Assembly (NCBI GenBank): GCA_951406725.2
Contig: OX597824.1
Location: 21,080,001 to 21,144,000, forward strand
DNA: 64,000 nucleotides
Reading direction: 5' to 3'
Source of the DNA: Octopus vulgaris
Taxonomy: Eukaryota
Both the position numbers and the translations under genes were made by a program. Below are positions 52,739 to 63,737 of this stretch, piece after piece. Numbering within the stretch: the stretch's first letter is position 1; each line of letters begins with the position of its first letter. The notes beneath the pieces are model-generated. The model ran no database searches, had not been told where the DNA came from, and was given only the letters and a program-made list of their open reading frames with translations.

Positions 52739-53184
52739 GATGATGATGATGATGATGAATATATACACAAGCACACGCATCTGTGTGTATGTGTGTGTGT
52801 ACGAGCATGTACATTTGTAAGCTAAGCCTAAACGAGAAAATTATATGTCATAGTAATTGCTTTAGACAAAGCATGAGTTACTTAGCTACTTTTTTTAAAC
52901 TTTGATATCACAGCATTAATATTTGCTGTGAGAATAATGGTCGTTTATAACTGTTATGAATTTATTTTGACAAAGAAACACACAAAGAGCAACAACAGCT
53001 GGAATATTTGTGGCATTTAAACACTTGTTTTTGATAACATCATGTTGAGTTATTTTACAAGCAAAATGATTCTTTGAGCTAACAAAGAGATACACACTAA
53101 CTCGTGATTATATATTGTGTATAAAATAATACAATGGTTATTTTTAGGTTGGGGTGGTCAGACATAAAGCTAGATTTTAGAGTG

Positions 53185-53630
53185 TAGGCATGATTGTATG
53201 GTTAAGAATTTCGTTTCACGACTACAGGGTTTGAGGTTCAGTCCACCGTGTGGTACATTGGGCAAGTGTCTTCTACTATAACCCTGGGCCAACCAAGGTC
53301 TTGAGAGTTGATTTGGTGGAGAGAAACTGTAAGGAACCCATCCTCTGTGTGTTTGTGTGTATGAATGCATGCATGCATGAACATAGGTACATGTATTTGT
53401 GTGTGTGTGTGTTTTTGCCTTGACATCATATGATAGTTGTATATGAGTGTCACTGTCAGACAGCTGGGGGTCTGTCATTTCTGATATTCAGCAAAAAACA
53501 TGCCTGACCATGGGAGAAAAATATGACCTTGCTTGGAAACAGCTGAGGGTTGGTGACCAGACAAGCATCAGGCTGTCAAAAGGCTGCCTCAATAAGCTCT
53601 GTCCAACCCATGCAAGCATGCAAAAATGTA
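53185..53630 (+). mobile_element. SINE family F: family A-like head with RTE-like tail
   Basis: A-type head, different body (ccttgcttggaaacag), tail ccaacccatgcaagcatg; related pieces at ~20600-20757, ~48440-48745 and 62805-63535. Confidence 0.65.
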
Positions 53631-53631
53631 C

Positions 53632-54015
53632 ATTCTTTCCTACTCTAGATACAAGGCCCGAAATTTTGGGGCAGGGAGCCAGTTGATTAGATCGACCCTA
53701 GTATGCAACTAGTACTTAATTTATCGACCCCGAAAGGATGAAAGGCAAAGTCAGCCTTGGCGGAATTTGAACTCAGAATGTAAAGACAGAAGAAATACCT
53801 ATTTCTTTACTACCCACAAGGGGCTAAACACAGGGGAGACAAACAAGAACAGACAGATGGATTAAGTCGATTATATCGACCCCCAGTGCGTAACTGGTAC
53901 TTAATTCATCGCCCCCGAAAGGATGAAAGGCAAAGTCGACCTTGGTGGAATTTGAACTCAGAACGTAACGGCTACACATTTTGCTCGGCGTGCTAACGTT
54001 TCTGTCAGCTCGCCA
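53632..54015 (-). mobile_element. SINE family B heterodimer (two different tails)
   Basis: Standard unit joined at aaagaaata|ggtatttc to a unit ending in the alternative tail. Confidence 0.85.
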
Positions 54016-54711
54016 TTGTACATTAAAACAATGATGATGATGATGATGATGATGATGTTGTTGTTGTTGTTGTTGATGATGACGATGACGATGATGATGA
54101 TGATGAAATGTATAGTGCTAGGCTTGATCTCTCAACATTACATGGTGCCTTGGATTCATCAACCATGGTCTCCAGTGGACCACTTGGAATTTGATAGATG
54201 GAAACTATGTGGAAGCTTGTGAGGTTAAGCAGTTTGCTTTGCAGCCATATGGCTTCTGTGTCTATCTCACTCTCTAACTCCAAAAGCATAACAGTCAGAG
54301 TAAGAGTCAGTTCAAGGGACCATTATCCCAGCTGATAAAAATGGATTACTGTATATACTTGGCTATAAGTCGTACTTTTATCCCCTGAAATTTTCACCCT
54401 AAGTCAAGGATTTGACTTATAAGCACACACACACACACACACACATGCACACACACAAATACATATATCTATGGATTTATATACATGTATAAGCATGTGT
54501 ATGTATGTATATGTATTTATGCATAAGCATGTATGCGAATCTTGTCTCATCTCAAAAAATTTTAAACTACAGTAATAAGTCGAGGCATGTGACCCAGAGG
54601 TCAAGAAGTTCAGCTTATGCCCATAAGGTCATCAGTTCAATTACTGGGCCATACGACACTATGTGTCCTTGAGCAAGACACTTTAGCTCATGCTATCCCA
54701 ATCTATTCAAC

Positions 54712-55640
54712 AGTAGGCGCAGGAGTGGCTGTGTGGTAAGTAGCTTGCTTACCAACTACATGGTTCCGGGTTCAGTCCCACTGCGTAGCATCTTGGGCAA
54801 GTGTCTTCTGCTATAGCCTCGGGCCAACCAATGCCTTGTGAGTGGATTTGGTAGACAGAAACTGAAAGAAGCCTGTCGTATATCTATATATATAAAACTG
54901 TAGTTGTGTGAGTGTCTGTCCCCTTCGATTTAGATTCCTAACTACTCCCACATTTTGCGGTGCAGTTTAACCAAATTCGGGCATCTTATAGTCGTGATTC
55001 ATATCAAGCCCGTCTGAGTATTAGCGCGCGTCTACGATGAGTCTACGATTTTAAAAATAATTTAACATCATTTTTTATTCCATTTTAATGCATAATTTTT
55101 CGTGTGTCGATGGCGGCGGAGTTGGCATCCATGGTCACACCTGCACCTGTTTGCTTCTCCCCCTTCTTCCCTCCCTCGTGAAGCTGTGGGGAAGGGAGTT
55201 TAAGGAAATCAACGTCGTAAAGCGTTGTCAAGGAGACCAGTGTTCTTTTAGAACAACGACTTCATGGCTTGAAGACACCAAAACAGAAATGGCTAAGAAA
55301 GCCCGAATTGGCATCTATAAGGGAAGTAACTCTCTAAAAATGCTTATATAGTTATTTCCCTTACAAACCCAAGCAACGCCGGGCGATACTGCTAGTATGT
55401 ATATATATATTTATATGTATGTGTGTGTTTGTGTGTCTGTGTTTGTCCCCCCACCATCGCTTGACAACCGAAGCTGGTGTGTTCACGTCCTCGTCACTTA
55501 GCAGTTTGGCAAAAGAGACCGATAGAATAAGTACTAGGCTTACAAGGAATAAGTCCCGGGGTCGATTTGCTCAACTAAAGGCGGTGCCCCAGCATGGCCT
55601 CAGTCAAATGACTGAAACAAGTAAAAGAAAAAAAAAGAAA
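54712..55640 (+). mobile_element. SINE family A split by a Helitron
   Basis: 5' half 54712-54882, 3' half 55396-55640. Confidence 0.85.
54883..55395 (+). mobile_element. Non-autonomous Helitron-like element, family H2
   Basis: A|TCtatatatataaaactg start and acaaacccaagcaacgccgggcgatactgCTAG|T end shared with H1; different interior. Confidence 0.8.
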
Positions 55641-55890
55641 GTAATGAATAGAATGGGTAATTTGAATAAATAGAGGAAGAGAGAGCTACATCAGAACCTG
55701 GTGCAGCTCTCTCTCTCTCTCTCTCTTTCTCTCTCCCTACTCCCTCCAGATGTCTTGGTAAAAGGGGAGAAGGATGAGCTGTCTACGCCTGCTCTTGACT
55801 CTATAAGTACAAGGTGCATTCCAGAAGTTTCAAGACATTTTTAGAAGCAGCATTTATAACTGTACTCGATTAGTGTAATACTAGTATACC

Positions 55891-56120
55891 TATTTCTTTA
55901 TTACCCACAAGGGGCTAAACATAGAGGGGACAAACAAGGACACACATAGGTATTAGGTCGATTACATCGACCCCAGTGCGTAACTGGTACTTAATTTATC
56001 GACCCCGAAAGGATGAAAGGCAAAGTCGAACTCGGCGGAATTTGAACTCACTACGTAACGGCAGACGAAATACTGCTCAGCATTTCGCCCGGCGTGCTAG
56101 CGTCTCTGCCAGCTCGCCGC
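55891..56120 (-). mobile_element. SINE family B with 20-bp TSD
   Basis: tagtgtaatactagtatacc at 55871-55890 and 56121-56140. Confidence 0.9.
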
Positions 56121-56143
56121 TAGTGTAATACTAGTATACCATT

Positions 56144-56486
56144 CTGAGACCCTCTTTGGTCATGACACAGACCATGGGATTGCACCTAGAAAGTTACCCT
56201 CCCAGGCACAAGTCCGGGCAATGTTGTTTATGGAAGACCAGCAGTCACCCATGCATACCAGCCTCCCCTCTCCATGCCACCGATGTTATCCAAGGGAAAG
56301 GCAAAGGGGCCGATACAGCTTGGCACCTGTGATGTTGCAACTCATTTCTACAGCTGAGTGGACTGGAGCAATGTGAAATAAAGTGTCTTGCTCAAGATCA
56401 CAATATACAGCCCTGTCCGGGATTCGAGCTCACAACCCCATGATCGTAAGCTCGACGCTCTAACCACTGAGCCATGCGCCTTCACA
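56144..56486 (-). mobile_element. tRNA-derived SINE family E (D-like head, different tail)
   Basis: gtgaaggcgcatggctcagtggttagagc head; TSD agtataccatt at 56133-56143 and 56487-56497. Confidence 0.8.
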
Positions 56487-56714
56487 GTATACCATTACTA
56501 TACATCTAATAAGCTAACCTGCAGAATTTTGTTATTCCAGATTGAAGGAGATGCCTCATACAGTACTTTGAACACACTCCACTAAACACTGCTCGTCACA
56601 GCTGACTAGTTTGCCGAATGCGGTCAGGACATGATGACAGTTTGGAACCTCACTATGCAATAAAGTTTTGTATTACACAGGGAACATTATATCCGCATCA
56701 GTACTTGCCTAGCA

Positions 56715-56980
56715 CAGTAATTCCTTGCCATATCGCGGTTCACTTATCATGGTTCACCTATCACGGTTCACCTATCACGGTTCACCTATCGCGTTTTATT
56801 TTGTAAGCTTTCGCCGATTCCTCCTTGGTGTTGTTTTGTATTTATAATAAAACAAATATATACAAATTACAAAAGTAATAAAAAAAAATACACAGTACTG
56901 TTTCTACTTCGCGGATTTTCACCAATCGCAGGGGTGGGTGAGGGTGGAATGGAACAGCCGTGATAATCGAGGGATTATTG
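56715..56980. mobile_element. Tigger/pogo-like MITE
   Basis: Imperfect TIRs cagtaattccttgccatatcgcgg / ccgtgataatcgagggattattg|TA; internal 15-bp repeat tatcacggttcacc. Confidence 0.65.
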
Positions 56981-57292
56981 TATTTGATTTTATCAATTGT
57001 GGAAGAACGAAAGAAAACTCAAAGTTTTCTATTATAACTAATTTCTCCGCATGCTGGAAGCTTTATCAAACTCGGTATTCAACTAATACTTTATTTTATC
57101 AACCCTGGAAGAATGGAAGGTAAAGTCCGAGTTTTCTGTTATAATTACATGCACATCTAAGAAGCTTTATTAGAAATATTAAAGCAATTTCAGGACTTGA
57201 CTGGTATTATGTTTTACTGAACCCAAAAGGATAAAAAAGTTAGGTTTCAGTTTTCTGTAATAATTTCATTCACATCTAGGAATGTAATTATA

Positions 57293-57809
57293 TTTCATTT
57301 TTGGATTTGGTTTGCAAGATTCTTTATATGAGTTCATGTGTTGAAGCATATTTTGTTGCATCTGGAGAGAGTCATTTTCTTTTTGTGCCTTATAATGTAA
57401 CATACTCACTGGTAAAATTTCCATTTATTTCTTATTTTTATTTTCCTAAAATTTTCGTTTCATCTTGCAACCTTTTCAATAGTCTTGACTATTTCTTATT
57501 TTTATTTTCCTAAAATTTTCGTTGCATCTTGCAACCTTTTCAATAGTCTTGACTATTTCTTATTTTTATTTTCCTAAAATTTTCATTGCATCTTGCAACC
57601 TTTTCAATAATCTTGACTATTTCTTATTTTTATTTTCCTAAAATTTTTGTTGCATCTTGCAACCTTTTCAATAGTCTTGACTACTGAAAAGGTTGCAAGA
57701 CGCAACGAAAATTTTAGGAAAATAATAATAAGAAAAAAGTGGAAATTTTACCGGTGAGTGTGTTACATTATAAGGCACAAAAAGAAAATGACTCTCCCCA
57801 GACACAACA
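57293..57809. mobile_element. Penelope-like footprint: four 64-bp tandem units plus an inverted arm, 13-bp TSD
   Basis: Units at 57428-57683; inversion centre ~57677; arm 57679-57809 mirrors ~57352-57487; TSD gaatgtaattata at 57280-57292 and 57810-57822. Confidence 0.75.
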
Positions 57810-58199
57810 GAATGTAATTATAATTATTAGAAATATTGCATTAATCTCAGTACTGTACAAGTTGTTGTTGTCGTTATCCTGTAATGTATGCTTTGCAATA
57901 TGTTGATGACACAACAACAAAAGCCTTCCTGATTAATTGCAAGTTCTCCCATCGGATAAAGCCATAGTGTTTCTTTGTTCTAACTTTCTCATAGGAAATG
58001 ATTTTATTTTTATTACATATATATAGATGTATATGATACATGAATAATACAAAAACCACATTAAAATAAAAATCCTAAACAATAGTCATGATTCTTCTGT
58101 AATATAAGTTTTTACAAATGAAAGACAAAGAAAAGAAGAAAAGTGGGGGAAAAAAAGGAAAAAGGGGAGAGAAAAAAATAAAAGAGAGAAAAAACATCA

Positions 58200-59096
58200 A
58201 TGCAACACCAAGTGCCACAACTAGCTGCACACCACAAGGATCAACAGAACCCACTGAAGCAGGCCAGTATGCTTGTAGTATTACCCTGGGTGATGGTGAG
58301 ACTAAGACGTTGGAATAGCCAAGCACCTTCACAAGCATCACCTGACACCTTGGTGCGGCAAACTGTCATCGATAACAAGAACTTTGTGGTGAGTGGCCCA
58401 ATTCCTCCAACCGTCCCAAACACCACAGGCTGGAAGAAAAAGTTCTCTGCCAGGTCCCGATACTTCAGGATTTTGTTCCGTTTGGTTATGGAAGCAGTGA
58501 CCCTTCCATTTACTGCAGCGTCCAGGATGAGTGAGGGGGTAAAAGAGTCATGGATTGTGGTGTCCCAGATGAGGAACCTACCTCTAACCAGAGAATAAGA
58601 TCATCTGGTCTCTTTCCATCACTTCTGGATAATCCTGCCAGCTCCAGAACTGAGGGGATATTAATCTGAGTCAGGTACCAACTTAATGATTAGGTAGCTT
58701 GGTGTGACGAGTGAAACAACCAGCATTTAGGTGGCAAGACGGACTATGAGGAGCTGTGGGATTTGAGGGGCCTCCACAGTGGCATCTCAATCCCCTACAG
58801 ACGTCAGCTCCCACCCTGAGTGCAGTGGAAATGCAGAGTTCATTTAGGCTGAGTAGACCTTCAATGGTGGCCACAGGCAGGGAATCAATCCAGTCCCCCG
58901 AGAATTTTGTACCAGCTGAAAGTAGGCGACACCTTAAAAATTGATCAGATTGAACACGGAGAGAGTTGAAAGTGGCACCTGAATGCAGACTGTCCCATGC
59001 TCTCTGCTTCCGTCTATCCTCAACTGTAGCAGAAACTGACAAACCCAGCTCCCTCCAGTGTTTTATTGGCAGAGATATCGGGGGGTGGTTTACCAT
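58200..59096 (-). pseudogene. CRE-clade non-LTR retrotransposon C-terminus (CCHC-like finger and restriction-like endonuclease), degenerate
   Basis: Q.AWD..RLL.A..SGDW..LP..ALR.G..C.CG..H..SC..RH, then GLSRSDGKRPD, IWD.T, K..KY, FQP, FQRLSL.I.QGN..SIL across frameshifts. Confidence 0.85.
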
Positions 59097-59454
59097 TACC
59101 TATTTCTTTACTACCCACAAGGGGCTAAACACAGAGGAGACAAACGGATTAAGTCGATTATATCGACCCCAGTGCGTAACTGGTACTTAATTATTTGACC
59201 CCGAAAGGATGAAAGGAAAAGTCGACTTCGGCGGAATTTGAACTCAGAACGTATCAGCAGACGAAATACCTATTTCTTTATTACCCACAAGGGGCTAAGC
59301 ATAGAGGGGACAAACAAGGACAGACATAGGTATTAAGTCGATTACATCGACCCCAGTGCGTAACTGGTACTTAATTTATCGACCCCGAAAGGATGAAAGG
59401 CAAAGTCGACCTCGGCGGAATTCGAACTCACAACGTAACGGCAGACGAAATACC
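59097..59454 (-). mobile_element. SINE family B headless dimer
   Basis: Both units begin at ggtatttcgtctg; 3' end overruns into ggta. Confidence 0.85.
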
Positions 59455-59939
59455 AGCCTATTACAGTTTGCATTATACCAGTAGCAGGGTTCACCAGTCT
59501 GTGATGAGATCCATGACCACTTTACAGGTACTTTAATTTCATTGAATGAAAATATCTTTGAAGAGTAAAAAACAAAATTAAACCCCGGTGAGATTTGAGC
59601 TTATGATAAAAAAAAAACAGCTGTGACTAAAACACTGCACAACATTTTATCCATCACTCCAATCTAGTCCTCGTTTTAGTAACCTAAATACCTTTGACTA
59701 GAGAAAATAGATACAATGTTAGGCGGAGAGAGGCGAAGACTATAGCCAGAGACATCTGAAGCTATACACAATTTACCTGATATTTGACACAATGATAACT
59801 GGTTGTTTGTTAGACAGTTACAAGTATGGTCATTAAACAATACAATGTAAATGTAATGTTCGTTCTTCCTCCCTCTCTGAATTGTCGGTACATAAATATA
59901 CACAGTTTAATTGCTATGTAACCCCCATGAACTTTCACA

Positions 59940-60192
59940 CACATACTTTTATGTATATCTATCTATATATACGTCGTACGTACATACGTACACACGTACA
60001 TACATAAGTATATACATGCATTCATATATACACATATACATTCGTATAAATATTCATGTGTACATTCATACGTACATATACACATTCGTACATATATACA
60101 CTCACGCATACATATAATAATATATGCTTGCATAAATACATTCATATATACATACATACTTATATACATGCATTCATATATACACATATACA

Positions 60193-60226
<34 letters not shown>

Positions 60227-60318
60227 TACGTACATATATATAATAATATATGCTTGCATATATACATTCATATATACATACATACTTATATACATGCATT
60301 CATATATACACATATACA

Positions 60319-60354
<36 letters not shown>

Positions 60355-60589
60355 TACGTACATATATACACGCATGCATACATACTTATAATAATATATG
60401 CTTGCATACATACATTCATACATACTACATAAACATACATGCATACATACACACATATACATTCATACATGGACACACACACACACACATACATTCATAC
60501 ATGGACAACACACATATATCCAATATACTGCTAGATAGGTACCATCGGATAGTTATATGATTTAATATGTTTCTCCATTCTCTATTTTG

Positions 60590-60621
<32 letters not shown>

Positions 60622-60625
60622 TCTA
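59940..60625. repeat. Compound TA/CA microsatellite with a ~130-bp internal tandem duplication
   Basis: taataatatatgcttgcat...cattcatatata block recurs at ~60115, ~60241 and ~60389. Confidence 0.9.
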
Positions 60626-61853
60626 TACTCACATCCATATACGCATATACACACAAAGAGAGGAGTTCAAGATTTCAGGAGCTCTGGTATGGGATGATGG
60701 TACCTGTCAAGGGTTCTAGTTATGAGTGAAATATCAGAAGATGGTCTTTTAGCTAAGGTACCCAAGACTTGTGTGTGCAGACATGCCCTGATACGCGAAT
60801 CAGTTTCTTTGCCTGAAGATTAAATAGGCCCTATGCCACAGGGATTAGCCCAGAAGAGGAAGAGTCTGGCTAAGTAAATTGTAAATAAGGTGGGAAAAAA
60901 AGTAACCGCAAATTCTGAACATACCAAAGTCTGAACCTTCCTTCTTTGGTATGAAGATTAGATTGATGACTGCTGACGCCAGAGAAAAGGGTATGGCACC
61001 AAGAGAGAGAGAGAGAGAGAGAAAGGTATGGCACAAGAAGAGAGAGAGAAACAGACAGACAGAAAAGAGTATGGCACAAGGAGAGAAAGAGAGAGAGAGA
61101 GTAAATGGTTTGAATTCTGAATTCCACCCTTTTCTATAAATATCCAGATATCCAGCCATTCTTCAATATGTGGACTCAGGAAACATACCCACAAAGAAAA
61201 CAACCTCATATTTATACAAACAATATACTCCCTTAAGCATAATTCTTAGAAGACACCTAATTGACCTGTAGCACTTTAGGCGATCGGGATGCAATAAATA
61301 GGGTGTGTCCTATTGCTAGCCGATGAATTAGCATCGCTTTGTTTGCAGAAAAGGTGTTTCTTTATGTTCCCTGTCATTAAAAATTAAATAAATGCCAAAT
61401 ATTTAAATGACAGTATGCTGTGTTCGTAAATAGTGCAGAATACTTGTGAAAATAGACTTGTTTTAAAATGGCGAATATACGGTAAAATTTTACCGAATAT
61501 ACTTACAGCGAACTTCATATAATCCTTTCTGCTACAGGTTGAAGGTCTGAAATATTAGAGGAGGGGGTCTGGTCGATTACATCAATTCCAGTGCTTGATT
61601 TATTTAATCAAACCCGAAAGGATGAAAGGCAAAGATGATCTTGGCGGGATTTGAACTCGGAACGTAAAATCAGAAGAAATGGAAGAACGAGAAAACAAAG
61701 TGAAGGGATCAAGCGGCAGGAGGCTAACAGAAAGCTGTTGTGGATTTTAAATAAATTAATTAATTAATTAATAAGGCAGCTGATTGTTTTATATTTTAAA
61801 GTTGTTTCTCAGTTATTGACGCTGGTCGTAGAACGTAGTTTCGTAAACACAAG

Positions 61854-62030
61854 ATGACTGCGAAATTATTTTCACCACTTCCGTTGAAAGCAGAAAACTC
61901 TGAGTGATGGAGGAAATAGATGCAGATCTGGGAATTAGCAACCAGCGTAGAGCTGAAAAGACGAGCCCCAACAGTGTTTTAACACTCGAAGGAAAGGCCC
62001 GGGAAGCAGTACTTGAAATAAATATGGTGC
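61854..62030 (+). pseudogene. Copia-type (GalEa-like) LTR retrotransposon gag N-terminus remnant
   Basis: MTAKLFSPLPL..E*WRK*MQIWELATSVE.KRRAPTVF/LTLEGKAREAVLEI, with two stops and one frameshift. Confidence 0.6.
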
Positions 62031-62118
62031 CGAAAGATAGATACACTCTTTTTAGAGGATTCAAATCAATCGGCGTTTGTCGCATAAGAATCGTTCGGGC
62101 AGTGATTGCAACGGTGTA

Positions 62119-62525
62119 TACCTATTTTTTTACTGCCCACAAGCGGCTAAGCACAGAGGGGACAAACAAGGGCAGACAAATGAATTAAGTCGATTATATC
62201 GACCCCAGTGCGCAACTGGTACTGAATTTATCGACCCCGAGAGGATGAAAGACAAAGTCGACCTCGGCGGAATTTGAACTCAGAACGTAGCGGCAGATGA
62301 AATACCTATTTCTTTACTGCCCACAAGCGGCTAAGCACAGAGGGGACAAACAAGGACAGACAAATGGATTAAGTCGATTATATCGACCCCAGTGCGTAAC
62401 TGGTACTGAATTTATCGACCCCGAAAGGATGAAAGTCAAAGTCGACCTCGGCGGAATTTGAACTCAGACGGAATACGGCTACGCATTTCGCCCGGCGTGC
62501 TAACGTTTCTGACAGCTCGCCGCCC
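62119..62525 (-). mobile_element. SINE family B tandem dimer
   Basis: Junction at ~62305; both units share the private variant gcccacaagcggctaagcacag. Confidence 0.9.
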
Positions 62526-62971
62526 TCATAAAAGTACAGCAGGGTTCACTACCATCCCCTGCTGGAGCCTCATAGAACTTTAAGAGTGTTCGCTCAATAA
62601 ACACTCACAGCACCTGGGAATCGAAATTCTTCAGCTTGACAGCTCCAATTCGGAAAATATTGATGGTGTTTTGTCAATCCCACACTCTTATCAAGTTTGA
62701 TGAAATTCAAGGTTTAGTTTTAAAAAAACAAAAAGCTCATTACGTTTTTCAGTATCTCCAACTGATGAGATGGAATTTAGAAGTTACCCTTCTATACCAC
62801 AGGTGCAGGGGTGACTGTCTGGTAAGAAGTTTGCTTCTCACCCACGTGGTCTTGGGTTCAGACCCACAGCGTGGCACCTTGGGCAAATGTCTTCTACTAT
62901 AGCTCTGAGATGATCAAAGTTTTGTGAGGTGATTTGATAGGCGGAAACTGAAAGAAACTAATCTTGTTTCT

Positions 62972-63336
62972 ATGTGGTAAGTAGCTTGCTTACCAACCAC
63001 ATGGTTCTGGGTTCAGTCCCACTGCGTGGCACCTTGGGCAAGTGTCTTCTACTATAGCCTCGGGCCGACCAAAGCCTTGTGAGTGGATTTGGTAGACAGA
63101 AACTGAAAGAAGCCTGTCGTATATATATGTATGTGTGTGTATCTGTGTTAGTCCCCCCAACATCGCTTGACAACTGATGGTGGTGTGTTTATGTCTCCGT
63201 AACTTAGTGGTTCGGCAAAAGAGACCGATAGAATAAGTACTAAGCTTACAACGAATAAGTCCTGGGTCGATTTGCTCGACTAAAGGCGGTGCTCCAGCAT
63301 GGCCGCAGTCCAATGACTGAAACAAGTAAAAGAGTA
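62972..63336 (+). mobile_element. SINE family A nested in a family F SINE (62805-63535)
   Basis: Young family A sequence between the F head and the F body. Confidence 0.8.
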
Positions 63337-63737
63337 ATGTACATTGTGTGTGTGTGTGTTAGTGTCACCATAATGCAAGTGATGTCATTCCTTTCCAATC
63401 TTCCATGGAAACGTATCTGGCCACAGAGAATTATGACCTTGCTTGGAAACAGGAGAGAGTTTGCGATGGAAGGGGCATCTGGCCATAAAAAATCTGCCTC
63501 ACTGAATTCCGTCTGATTGATGGACGTTAAAATGGTCATGACAACAATGATGATGATGATGGTGGTGGTGGTGATGGTGGCAGCAGTGACAGTAGCAATG
63601 GTAGTGGTGATGGTTAATACATATGTCTAACATTGACACAAGGCTACCAATTTTGGTGAGCGACGGGGACATAGTCAATCAAATTTATCCCCAGTACATG
63701 ACAGGTATTTTTATTTCATTCCCTCCACCCAGACTGA

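Larger units (their letters stand above)
50005..53070. repeat. Long inverted repeat of otherwise unique sequence (arms ~50005-50290 and ~52790-53070)
   Basis: Reverse-complement match; central ~125 bp appears identical. Confidence 0.9.
55808..56682 (+). mobile_element. 5' part of a mariner-type transposon, interrupted by two SINEs
   Basis: TA|caaggtgcattccagaagttt TIR-like start; DDSLEPHYAIKFC resembles the mariner transposase N-terminus (EQRYAIKFC). Confidence 0.65.

Noticed and set aside
50005-53070. Mutator/foldback transposon with long TIRs
   Set aside because: No TSD at the outer boundaries, and the outer ends are less similar than the centre; kept only as an inverted-repeat finding
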